From Octopus vulgaris (taxonomy: Eukaryota), in assembly GCA_951406725.2 (NCBI GenBank), contig OX597838.1:5456001-5520000 (forward strand): a stretch of 64,000 nucleotides of DNA. Direction: 5' to 3'. How positions within the stretch are numbered: position 1 is the stretch's first letter; every line of letters begins with the position of its first letter. A program made the position numbers and the translations under genes. The notes beneath the pieces were generated by a model. It did no database searches. It was given only the letters and a program-made list of their open reading frames with translations, and was not told the DNA's origin. This document shows, piece after piece, positions 42,222 through 56,850 of the stretch.

Positions 42222-42359
42222 GTGTTTTAAAATAACATCCCCACAGTTTTCCTTCAAACACACACACACAAACACTCACACAAACAAACATAAAACAAAC
42301 ACACACAATCAAGCACGCACACACACGCACTATCTCACTATCTCACTCTCTCTCTCTAT

Positions 42360-42391
<32 letters not shown>

Positions 42392-42700
42392 ACGCACATT
42401 TACTCTAACACACACATACACGTACATACGTATGTAAACATGCCAGTTTTTCATAACGGAATAGATTAAAAATACATAAATAATATTCACTATTTTTCAA
42501 CCAGTCATGTATATTAATTCATTCTATACATAGATCGCTGCTATTTTTTGTATACATAAACACATACATACATACACACGTGTTTTAAAAAAGTGATATG
42601 TATATAGCTCCGATTGAGTGACTCTTTTGTTTGCCCACATAACCATATGCACACCATGTATGTATATATATGATATATATGATATATGATATATTATATA

Positions 42701-42747
<47 letters not shown>

Positions 42748-42756
42748 ACGATTAGT

Positions 42757-42923
42757 CGGTTGCCATAATAAAACTCAGAGGTTCGGATGTCGGTGCGGGA
42801 GTCTGCTCCGGCATCTCGTCAGTTATTAATACAAACAAAAATGCTGTGGAACAATAATTGTCGAGATGCCGGAGCAGACTCCCGCACCGACATCCGAAAC
42901 TCTGAGTTTTATTATAGCAACCG
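42757..42923. ncRNA. Inverted pair of hammerhead motifs (minus 42766-42828; plus 42853-42914)
   Basis: Minus: UAAUAA-CUGACGA-GAUGCCGG..CCGACAUC-C-GAACC-UCUGA-GUU^UUAUUA. Plus: AAUAA-UUGUCGA-same stem II-GAAAC-UCUGA-GUU^UUAUU. Confidence 0.65.
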
Positions 42924-43364
42924 TTTACTTGTTTACTTGTTCCACTCATTGGACTGCGGCCATGCTGGAGCACAACCTTAATTGTCATTTTTTTAGTCGA
43001 AACAATCGACACCAGAACTTATTCTATCCTTTCGGGGTCGATAAATTAAGTATCATTTAAGCACTGGGGTCGATGTAATCGACTTATTTAATTACTGCTT
43101 CCAATCACCATAATTTGATCACCTGTAACCAAAGGTTTTAACCCAATCGAGCAAACTCGCCATAAAATTCTTTCAGAGGCAGTGATCCTTTATTTCTGTG
43201 TATATCACAGAAAATATTATCCAATTCATCCTTCCATTATTAAGATTGTAATCTGCGGAATACGGAGTGATAAGGTTGCAATCTCTAGCCATTTGAGCGA
43301 ATGTTCTGGCGTTTTGTGATAGATTATGACAGACAGACACTCGTCAAGGCTTACATACAGATCT

Positions 43365-43388
43365 GTCTATCAATCAATCAATCTATCA

Positions 43389-43473
<85 letters not shown>

Positions 43474-43511
43474 CCTATCTATCTATCTGTCTGTCTATCT
43501 ATCTATCTATA

Positions 43512-43577
<66 letters not shown>
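43365..43577 (+). repeat. (TATC)n microsatellite
   Basis: Directly visible. Confidence 0.95.
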
Positions 43578-43956
43578 CCTCTCCCTTTATTTACACATAG
43601 AGACGCGTGTGTCAGTGTGTGTGTGTGTGTGTGTGTGTGCATGCATGTCTGTGTGGTGATATACTGTATGTAATAAATAAGATTATTTTATTCTTTGTGG
43701 CTGTTTGGCATCTTACGTCATGTCCGATTTCAATAAAATTTGTTTCCTACCTAACGTGTTATGTCTGTCCTAAAAAAAAACAGGCACACATGAATACACA
43801 CAAACACAGACGCACATATGCACACACATTCGCATATGTATCACTTCACTGCTTGCATATGCAAATATTATTTAAAATTTACACGTGCCTAAATGTTAAT
43901 TTGTATACACAAATACATACGTTCACATACACAGACATATACGTTGTGTACATACT

Positions 43957-44017
<61 letters not shown>

Positions 44018-44105
44018 GTATATATATTTATATATCTATATACACTAGTATGTATATGTATATATATATATACATATGAATATATTTATAAATGTGTGTG
44101 TGTGT

Positions 44106-44157
<52 letters not shown>

Positions 44158-44264
44158 CATGTATATATACATACATATATATATATATGTACATTTATAT
44201 ATATACACGTATATATATATATGTATATATACACATATATATATATTCATACATGTATATGTAT

Positions 44265-44316
<52 letters not shown>

Positions 44317-44651
44317 GTAAAAGCACATATCATCATACATACTGACTCCCGTATTGCTGCTCATTGATTAGTCATAATATCGCTATCAAAGCTTGCTCTG
44401 TTTCCGCTTTTGCGTGACACGCTTGATTCGACAGCGTCTGAAATGAATGATGTAAACAGCAGCATCAAACAGTAGCTTCCAACCACAGCAACACCGAGCT
44501 ACAGCAAAAAAAGAAAACTACAAAGGTAAATAATAAACCTCCCCACCATCAGCACCACCACAAAGACGGCGATGACGACCAGCAGCAACAAGAATAATAA
44601 CAGCACGAATAATAATAAAAAATAATAATAGTAATAATAATAATAATAATA

Positions 44652-44727
<76 letters not shown>

Positions 44728-45346
44728 TAATAATAATAATAACGATACCACCAATGAGAACTTCGTTGGTAAAACAACACACACGCCTATAGCGCCGTCA
44801 AGAGCAATATTGACTAAGGTAATCATGATGAGGGGACCCTTGCTAGGGACACTAACGATTCTGCAAACACCACGACCTACAACAACAGCAGGAACAACAA
44901 CAACAGCAGCTATAGGAACAGTAACAACAACAACAAAACGAACCAACATCAACAATTGCAACACAAACAGCAACAACAAAAGCAACAACTAGCATAATAA
45001 ACAAAAAAAAAATTGTCAATAAAGACGGAACTCAACCACCCGAAACTCGATCAGCACCGGCGTCAGTGCTTCACCAATAACAACAACAACAACAACAACG
45101 ACCAGAACGAACGAGAGCTCACTGTTTAATCTTCCCTTTTATTCATATATAAAATGTCTATAAATTTTGAAACACAAGTTCCGTGTTTACCAGAGAATGG
45201 TAAATATTTGTATTGTTTACATCGTTCTGAATGTCTTTAAAAGAACAATTCATTTTGCTACGAGCCTCTTGTATTTTTATCATTTTTGTATCAATCATTT
45301 GTCATCATTTCCTTCATCTAAGCTTTTCATCTTGCACAAGAATTTA

Positions 45347-45378
<32 letters not shown>

Positions 45379-45398
45379 CATTATTATTATTATTATTA

Positions 45399-45433
<35 letters not shown>

Positions 45434-45545
45434 ATTATTATTGATATTTTTGTTCTTATTGTAATAACAATAATAAGTATTATTATTATTACCATTACTA
45501 TTATCATTGTTATTATTATTATCATTATTATTATTGTTATTATTA

Positions 45546-45589
<44 letters not shown>

Positions 45590-45643
45590 GTTGTTATTGT
45601 TGTTATTATTATTATTTTTATTTTTATTATTATTGTTATTATT
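45347..45643 (+). repeat. Degenerate (ATT)n microsatellite
   Basis: Directly visible. Confidence 0.92.
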
Positions 45644-45927
45644 ATGGTTGGGGTAAAAGGCTGTGAGCTGGCAGAATGGTGATCATGGCGGACGAAATGC
45701 TTAGCGGCACATACGGTAAATCATAACTGTTGGGTGAAGTTCATTGACCTTCGGGTAGATTTGAATCGATATCAGGTAATATCCAGAAGTACTTTTAAGT
45801 GAGAAAGAGGTAGAAAGACAGAGAGAGAGAGAGAAAGATAGATAGAGAGAGAAAGATGGAGAGAGAAAGAGAGAGAGAGAGAGAAAGAGAGAGAGAGTGA
45901 AAGAGTGAGTGAGAGAGAGAGTGTGAC

Positions 45928-45965
<38 letters not shown>

Positions 45966-46536
45966 ATTTCCATACGCCAAGAATTCCTCATGTACACTAT
46001 GCATGGTATAATAATAAATATGTCCATATTTCACATTGTTATTTGAAGACAGATCACTGACCGCTCTGTTTATTTCACCTATCTATCTATCTATATATAT
46101 ATATATATATATATAAAGTATATATGCATACATACACACACACATATATATATATATACGATACACATTGAGGACGGATTTTGGTAATCCTTCATTTATA
46201 CTCGGAACCAAGATGATAGAGTGAAATGTTGTTGTATGTATTTACGTTCATAAGTTATGAGTTCAAGAGTTATTGCTGTGAAATACTTAGTTCTCTTACG
46301 ATGGATAATATCGGTCCGAGATGTGTAAAGGCCTTCAATCGGTGCGTTGAACAACAATTGTTTTTTTTTTAATTCTTACTTCTGTTCAACTTGAGGTCCT
46401 CAGTTATCGGCAGTGAAGCAAAACCTAGTCCCTCGGAAATCTAGATTATCGGAGGCTATACTTTACATACAAACGTAATATATACCTAAATACAGAGCTA
46501 CTTATATATACACATGCACACACAAACACACACACA

Positions 46537-46594
<58 letters not shown>

Positions 46595-47212
46595 CTGTGC
46601 AGGATTATTAAGATAAGTGTTTTAATACGGGACGCAATTCTTGTAGTGAAAACACGGAAGTCCTGTCTATTGAAACTGAACTCGAAATTTATCTACCGGA
46701 AGCCAATAATAAGAAAGTAGTAATAACGAAACATAAGTTCTGCTTGTTTCTATTGAAGGCAATAATATATTCATAAATAAAGATAAATGTCAACCAAACA
46801 ACGATAGAATATTTTTCCATTCGGTTATAAATTCTACTTCTACAGATCAGAGCTGTCTCATGAGAGCGAGGACAAAGTAAGATAATTTCCTCACGAAGTG
46901 AATAATAATAAATTTATGTGAATTTCTAAAACGATGCTGATAAAATTGTATTCAGACGAAACATCATTTCGGAAGAATTAAAAATATCTTTACACCAAAA
47001 TATGGCAAATAATAGTATCTTAATATTTGTTCATACTTCAAGAATTTCCAAACTTGATCCCAAAGGGCTGAACGCTGTTTAGCAAATGAATTTCCTACTT
47101 TTAACGATCTGCCAACAATACGTTCATTGAATTGAACGTAAAACTTGCTTATGTATACATGTATATAAGTATATCTTATGTATATATAAGTATATGTATA
47201 GATGCACTCTGC

Positions 47213-47317
<105 letters not shown>

Positions 47318-47460
47318 ATGTGCGTGTATATATATATATATATATAATGTCTGTGTGTATATATACATATATATAATTTTATATATGTGTATACATAGAG
47401 GCATGCATTGATACATTGATTTATACATATGTATATATATATATATATCCCACCTCTCTC

Positions 47461-47526
<66 letters not shown>

Positions 47527-48409
47527 GTATTTTTTCATTGAGTTATTATCGTTTATTTTATCAATACAATATAATCTAGTTAAGCTATCGAGGGCGCACA
47601 TTTAATACCGTCGGGATAATTCTCGAAATTAATACGATGGCCATAATATTCTCTGAAGAGTATTTAGAGATTTGGAACTTCTCGTAAAACCAGGATAGAA
47701 TGTGATAATCGAATAGAATGTGCCATACATTCCGATAAAATATTTATGCTGCCTAGATCGATATTTTTTTCAAATGATTTAGATATTTTCGTGTCCTTCT
47801 AGAAATACAAAAATGATGATTCGGAATTTGAAAAAGTGAGTAGTTAGGCCCTGATTTCTTTTATTTTTTGAATCGACTAATATAAACATCATAAAGCCGG
47901 AATTACTGAGAGGATATAAAAGTGCTTCATTGGTCCGTTGGTTTCTATGTTCAAATCAGTCTAAGCCTTCTGGAAGTATAAAATCCACTACAGATTGTGA
48001 CATACAAATGTCATTCATAAGAACAATTATGTGTTGTGGTAGATAAGTGTTCTTTTCTGGCAAGATATTTCATTAAAATATTTAATTCTAGACACTGAGA
48101 AAGTTACAACTTATGGGATCCTCTTTTTGTTATCGTTGTATTTTTGGTACGACAGTTGTAGTATTTTAGATTCCACTCAATATTAAGACTAAATATTTGG
48201 GTATTTAAATATTGGCAAGAAACGGTGAATATGCTCTATAACTATTAAAAAAAACCCTTCTACGAATAAGCAAGAAAACAATGCTAGTTCTTATAAAATC
48301 CCTTATCAACATAATTAAAAATCTCAATAGAAAAGGCTGGATTAAAACAATTAACATCCTAATTAATGAACATGAGCTCCACAGACAAGAGCGCCCGGAG
48401 TCTAGTTCT

Positions 48410-48598
48410 CAAGGAAAATGTCCATGACGCAGAATGTTGGCCCTTTTGAATTACATGTACGACTCACTTTTGCCAGACGGGTGAACTAGAGCAATGTGAA
48501 ATAAAATGTATTGCTTAAGGATGTACGTGTTGCTGGGAATCGAATTAACCTCGTTGCGATAGGTAACTAAGTTCTCGAACCACTAAGCTACGCGCCTG
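48410..48598 (-). mobile_element. SINE family C, degenerate 5' half
   Basis: TTTTGCCAG..GAGCAATGTGAAATAAA..GGGAATCGAA..AACCACTAAGC. Confidence 0.7.
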
Positions 48599-48622
48599 CA
48601 CTTAAAGTATGTAATGATATAT

Positions 48623-48850
48623 TACTCTTTTACCCTTTTACTTGTTTCAGTCATTTGACCGCGGCCATGCTGGAGCACCACCTTTAGCCGAGCAAATCGA
48701 CCCCGGGACTTATTCTTTGTAAGCCCAGTACTTATTCTATCGGTCTCTTTTTGCCGAACCGCTAAGTGACGGGGACGTAAACACACAAGCATCGGTTGTC
48801 AAGCAATGCTAGGGGGACAAACACAGACACACAAACACACACACACACAG

Positions 48851-48920
<70 letters not shown>

Positions 48921-49084
48921 GACAGGCTTCATTCAGTTTCTATCTACCAAATCCACTCACAAGGCATTGGTCGGCCCGAGGCTATAGCAGAAGACACTTG
49001 CCCAAGATGCAACACAGTGGGACTGAACCTGGAACCATGTGGTTGGTTAGCAAGCTACTTACCACACAGCCACTCCTGCGCCTA
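48623..49084 (-). mobile_element. SINE family A, full length
   Basis: Near-consensus reverse complement of 105-529. Confidence 0.92.
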
Positions 49085-49137
49085 TACATATATATATATA
49101 TAATTGATCAAAATAAAAACATGATGCCAAGGATTCA

Positions 49138-49215
49138 GCGGTACATATGTTTCGGGACTTTATTAGACAAATTTATAACAATGCATAATGTATGTCTGTG
49201 GCCTTCTTCAGCCGC
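49138..49215 (-). ncRNA. Type I hammerhead motif with long stem II
   Basis: Minus strand reads GCGG-CUGAAGA-(51 nt incl. AGACA/UGUCU)-GAAAC-AUAU-GUA^CCGC. Confidence 0.6.
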
Positions 49216-49414
49216 GCACAACAACTTCCACAAGGACATGTGTTACATCAAAAATTCTTGGTTGGGGATGCAAATCATTCGCGTACGACATAATGCGGCA
49301 ACAGCATAGAATTGAAGCGTCCATCTCTTTCTTCTCTCAATGTATATACAGGTGCTTATAATTATCAAGTACTCACCCCGAATTTCTATATATATATATA
49401 TATGGTAAACGGTA

Positions 49415-49457
<43 letters not shown>

Positions 49458-49951
49458 TGTAACAGAGATGTGAAGCATGGCAACTGTAATTATTTCTTTG
49501 TACAGTGGAAAAAGTGACGGATAGCCTTAATCAATTTTCGAACTTTACTATGTTCTCATCGGAGGTATTTCCAACACGAGACCGATGCTAGAGAAAAAAA
49601 AATCAGACAACCTATTTATGTATTTAAGAATTCCAGTAGCTACGGTGAAACTCTAGTCACATACTTGTTTAGTAAATTCGTTTTATAAACCAACATTAAC
49701 TTTTAACTCCTCCAACTTTTAACTAAGCTTCTGTTTAGTTGAAATCGATGTTCATATATAATTGATGAAGACGATCAAACTTTACAGACCTTCCTTCCAA
49801 GCACTGCTGTGAAGATCGGAAGTAAGCTAGAACAGTAAAACTTAGTGCATATACACAGCCGTGTCCAAGATAAATCTTTGCCAAGCGTATTTACACTACG
49901 TGTTTTAACTTCGTTACTATAGCAACAATCCGGATACTTACTGATCAGACC

Positions 49952-49989
<38 letters not shown>

Positions 49990-50096
49990 AAATATATACA
50001 TATATATGTTTTCATAGGTATAAACGCACGCATAAACACGCATACACACTCGCACACACAGACACATACACGCATATACATAGTTAAATACTATGC

Positions 50097-51169
<1,073 letters not shown>

Positions 51170-51489
51170 ATGCCTACAATGTCCCTTCACACCTTACAAC
51201 AATCACGTATTCTTCTGATAAAGCTAGACGTACACCATCTGTTATTCTTTACTGTTCTCCTGCCAGGAGATATCAATTTTGACTTATCTAATTAACCGAT
51301 ATTTTCTACTTCCCTTAAGACAGAGAGTTTCGCATTTTCTTTTCAATGCCCCCGTGGCTCCTTTTTTAAACCCATTCTTGAAAAGTTTCTCGTTATATTC
51401 TTAAATCTTCCCTGTATTCAAAATCTACCTCCTTCCAGTATTCTGGCAAGATATATTTCTAATTTCCATTTTGCACAGCCTTAAACATA

Positions 51490-51705
51490 TTCTTTTCTGC
51501 TCTAGGCACAAGGCCCGAAGTTTTTGGAGAGTGAGCCAGTCGATTAGATGGATCCCAATACGCAAGTGGTACTTAATTAATCGACCCATGAAGGATGAAG
51601 GGCAAAGTCGATCTCGGCGGAATTTGAACTCAGAACGTAAAGACAGACGAAATATCGCTAAGCATTCTGCCCGACGTGCTCACACTTTTTCCAGCTGACC
51701 ACCTT
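51490..51705 (-). mobile_element. SINE family B, older subfamily
   Basis: GGCAAAGTCGATCTCGGCGGAATTTGAACTCAGAACG. Confidence 0.8.
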
Positions 51706-52156
51706 CGGTCTTATAAATACAGTAACCTAGTTCGTAATCTATAGCTCACTTTTCCTGAATCGCTAAGTTCAAACACAAATGCACATACACGCACACTTTT
51801 CCACTGCAAAAGCATTGAAAAACGCACAGAAAAGCTAAGGGAAGTAACTCCGAGTGAGTCATTGTAATAGCGTTGACATCACACCGCTCCCGCTACCACC
51901 AATTTTGTTTCTTCTTTATGAAGAACTAGGAGGAGTTACAGCCGTATGAAATCTCCAGGCGGTTTAAATGCAAAAGTCTCTGATATCCATCTGGCTTAAA
52001 AGATTCAGCAAAAGGCCACCCAGGAATCATGTCTTGGATGCGGCCCGGTGCTCGTCAAGTGTAAGCCGCTAAGGGCGTAAACGCTTGCATGAATGTGGTA
52101 GGGCTTCTTCTCTGAAGACCTTCTGCTGTTCAGCTTCACTGAGAGACTCCTACCGT

Positions 52157-52197
<41 letters not shown>

Positions 52198-52341
52198 TAA
52201 TGGCTGACTTCAGCAGATCAGTTTAAGTTGCTGAAACGGAAGACATTTGCCTAAGGTGATTCATAGAGTCGTTAAATCTTGTATCGTATAATTGCAAATG
52301 TAATTTCTTAATCACATTCTCGCATCTATATCATTGATAAA

Positions 52342-52558
52342 TACTATAGGGTGCTGAAAAGCTCCTGGCGCTAATGCTACAGTGAAAGGCATTGCTGGAG
52401 GCCCAAATTTCCGAGTTGTTTTCAGGGCTTAGAAAAATTGAAGGACTGCTACAAAATGTGTGTAAATCTGAGAAGAGAATATGTTGAAATAAATCATAAT
52501 TAACTGATCCTCCTGTATTTTCTTTTACGTAAAGCAACCACTTTTCAGCACCCTCGTA
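52342..52558 (+). mobile_element. Mariner-derived MITE
   Basis: TIRs AGGGTGCTGAAAAG and CTTTTCAGCACCCTCGTA. Internal GLEKLKDCYKMCVNLRREYVE resembles a mariner C-terminus. Confidence 0.8.
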
Positions 52559-52630
52559 CATGGTGTTTATATTTATTAAACATAAATAAATAAATAAAAC
52601 CAATCCTCAAATAAACACATGTGATTCATA

Positions 52631-52836
52631 TCTCTTTTACTTGTTTCAGTCATTTGACTGCGGCCATGCTGGAGCACCGCCTTTAGTCGAGCAACTCGAC
52701 CCCGGGACTTATTCTTTGTAAGCCCAGTACTTATTATATCGGTCTCTTTTGCCAAACCGCTAGGTGACGGGGACGTAAACACACCAGCATCGGTTGTCAA
52801 GCAATGCTAGGGGGACAAACACAGACACACAAACAC

Positions 52837-52908
<72 letters not shown>

Positions 52909-53065
52909 GACAACCTTCTTTCAGTTTCCGTCTACCAAATCCACTCACAAGGCTTCGGTCAGCCCGAGGCTATAGTAGAAGACACTTGCCCAAGGTGCCA
53001 CACAGTGGGACTGAACCCGGAACCATGTGGTTTGTAAGCAAGCTACTTACCACACAGCCACTCCT
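52631..53065 (-). mobile_element. SINE family A, full length
   Basis: Near-consensus reverse complement. Confidence 0.92.
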
Positions 53066-53661
53066 TTATACTTTTATATCTATATTTTCTTTCCATTAAA
53101 TATCAAGAACATATAAGGATATTCTCAATTAATTATTCAGGAAATTGGGATCTCAATTTTTAAAAAATCAGGCGCATCTTATTACAAACATATCTATGAT
53201 TCAATTTATCGCTGTAACTAGAAAGTGCATACAAAACGTTATTTCGCTTCACCATACGTGTATAGTTCCAATAATTAGGGATATAAATCAGTGAGAGAGG
53301 CCATGAATGACTGACATAAATCTTGTAGAAGTCTCACCGTACTACAATTATTCACTAATTTAATCAGGCATCCCTTCCAATTACTGACACAATAATGGTC
53401 AGGTTCTTCATTAGCCAGTATCGCAGCAAAAGCGTTCTGTTTTCTCATCGTACAACATTTGTAATTCTTCGTTGATTTTCTTATGATTACTTGTTTATTG
53501 TTGTTGTTGTTGTTGTTGTTCTTGGTGTTGCTACTGTTGTTGTTGTTGTAGTGTTTGAACCTATAGTGATATTCCATGATACGAAGCTTTTATCATAATT
53601 ATTTATCTCACCCAATCCTTTCAATCATCATCACTCTCATGACCACGCTGGATAATATATA

Positions 53662-53720
<59 letters not shown>

Positions 53721-53742
53721 TGTGTGTGTGTGCAAGTGAGAG

Positions 53743-53784
<42 letters not shown>

Positions 53785-53823
53785 ACGGGTTCTTTCATGT
53801 GCACCTTAGTGCTTGAGCGTGTT

Positions 53824-54000
<177 letters not shown>

Positions 54001-54540
54001 TATACGTGTGTGTATAGGCGTGTGCCTTCATATATATCACTGTGTTTGAAAGCGTGCATGTTTAATTGTTTCTTCGTTTGCATGTGCGTGCGTGAGTGTG
54101 TGTGTGTGTGTGTGTGTGTGTATTTGTCTGTGCAATTGTATGTGTATGCATGTGTTCCTGCATATTTCTCAGTCCTGACAACACTGTCGGCAGCACAATT
54201 CAATTAAAGGACACGTTACCTGGAATTACAAAATGTCATTTAATGAAACGCCTACGACAATTTAAATATGTACAGCATACTATGTAAAAGAGGATACGGT
54301 TTTCTTATCGACAAAATTCAGGCTTCATTATATCATTAAATGAAATCCGAAAGGGAATAGTAATTAATGAGGTTGTGAAAGCAGACTTTTCCAAATCTGA
54401 AATGCTGGCGATCTTTGAATTAATGTTCGCACTGCGTTGAAGTAGAAACACTACACCAGAAAGTAAGTGGACCGTGATTTGCGAGAACAAATGAAGTAGC
54501 TGCACTTCAGATATCAAATATATTTGTAAATCCCTAGATT

Positions 54541-54927
54541 AGTAAGCGTGGCTGTGTGGTAAGAAGCTTGTTTCCCAGCTAAGTGGTCCTCGGTTGAGTC
54601 CCACTGCGTGTCAATTTGGGCAAGTATATTCTACTATAGCCACAAGCTGACCAAAAACCATGTGCGTAGATTTGGTTGACGAAAACTGAAAGAAGCCTGT
54701 CGTATATATATATACATATATATATTTCTGTGACTTTGTGTCTGCGTTAGCCCCCCTCCCCCCAAACTACCGTCGCTTGACAACCGATATTGGTGTGTTT
54801 ACGTCACCGTAACTTAGCGATAGAACAAGTAATAGGCTTCCAAATATTAAGTCCTGGTGCCGATTTTTGCGACTAAAAGGTGGTGCTCCAGCAAGGCCGC
54901 AGAAAAACGACTTAAGCAAATAAAAGA
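54541..54927 (+). mobile_element. SINE family A, diverged
   Basis: Head, core and tail motifs present. Confidence 0.85.
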
Positions 54928-55090
54928 TTAATGAATGCAAAGTAACGTGTTTGACAACAATCAATAATGATAGGTCAACAGGGAAAATTAATATTTACAA
55001 AATTTTGGCACACGACCCAAAAATTGAGGGAGGGGCTTATTTGTTTATATTTATATATATATATATATATGAGAGGGATGACCAGTATGT

Positions 55091-55127
<37 letters not shown>

Positions 55128-55216
55128 AAATTATATACATATGAGAGGGTGTGAATAATCTATATTTTGTTACTTTTTATTTTTCTTGAGAACATTTCTT
55201 AGTGGTAAGACCATAG

Positions 55217-55282
<66 letters not shown>

Positions 55283-55759
55283 TATATATATAGGACTACA
55301 TTATCTAGCATGTACTATTTTTGTACGATTGATGGGAAGGTTATATAGGAGACTATGCGATTATTTCTATCAAGTTGCGCTACGAAGTGGAAGTACTCTC
55401 TTTGACTTATATAAATATATGCTATTTGCTTACTCAATAATTGTAAAGCAAACGCAGCAATATGTGTCGTTTTCTAAAAACAAAACGAAAAAATTGAACA
55501 TAAAACATACTTTAAATATTACTGACACTTTTTATACGCTTAGGCGAGGAAATTAATCTGTTTTGGTGAGAAATGGCTTCTTTCCAAATTAGAGTAGTTT
55601 GTTTATCAACAGAGTTCATCGTGGTTTTAATTCGTCCTTTGGGTCGCTATCTATCTACCTATCTATGATAATGGAATAACAATTCTCTGTGCATATACAC
55701 ATATACATACATTTATACATGCACACACACACACATGCACACACACACACAGACACTCT

Positions 55760-55791
<32 letters not shown>

Positions 55792-55901
55792 CACATGTAT
55801 ATGTTCATATATGTGTGTACGTCTCCTTTCTGTCTCTCCGTCTATCTGTATGCCTGTCAGTCTGTTTTTCTCTGTTTCTCTGTATATATATACATACACA
55901 A

Positions 55902-55940
<39 letters not shown>

Positions 55941-56254
55941 CATACTCATATACATAGACACGAGTATTTGTTTCAATATTCACACACACATGCAGATTAA
56001 TCACTTATATATATATATCAATATACACACTAGAAAAGTTTATTTGAAAAACCACTCATTACACGAATGTCGACAATGAGACTTTTTGTACGCCTCGTTG
56101 TCTATCTTTACACACACACACACACACACACACGCAAACACATGCACAGAGGCACACACACCATCTGAAACCGTGGTATCGCATACTATCTTCTCACCTC
56201 TTCAGTTTCAATCTAACACTAAGTGTCGTCAATCGGGCAGAATCGTCAGCACAT

Positions 56255-56850
56255 CGAGCTGGCAGAATCGTTACCACGCCGGGCGAAATGCTTTGCGGGA
56301 TTTCGTCTGCCGTTACGTTCTGAGTTCAAATTCCGCCGAGGTCGAGTTTGCCTTTCATCCTTTCGGGGTCGATTAAATAAGTACCAGTTACGCACTGGGG
56401 TCGATGTAATCGACTTAATCCGTTTGTCTGTCTTGTTTGTCCTCTCTGTATTTAGCCCCTTGTGGGTAGTAAAAAAATAGATATTTCGTCTGCCGTTACG
56501 TACTGAGTTCAAATTCCGCCGAGGTCGACTTTGCCTTTCATCCTTTCGGGGTCGATTAAATAAGTACCAGTTACGCACTGGGTTCGATATAATCGACTTA
56601 ATCCGTTTGTCTGTCCTTGTTTGTCCTCTCTGTATTTAGCCCCTTGTGGGTAGTAAAGAAATAGGCATTTCGTCAGCCGCTACGTTCTGAGTTCAAATTC
56701 CGCCGAGGTCGACTTTGCCTTTCACCCTTTCAGGGTCGATAAATTAAGTACCATTTACGCACCGGGGTCAATATAAGCTGACTTAATCCGCTTGTCTCTC
56801 CTGTTTGTCTCCTCTGTGTGTAGCCCATTGTGGCTAGTAAAGAAATAGGT
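56255..56850 (+). mobile_element. SINE family B, head + 3 tandem ~184-bp bodies, abutting a family C tail fragment
   Basis: TTTCGTC.GCCG restarts at 56301, 56484 and 56668; followed by GGTACATGTTTGTGGAGTGCTCAGCC. Confidence 0.9.
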
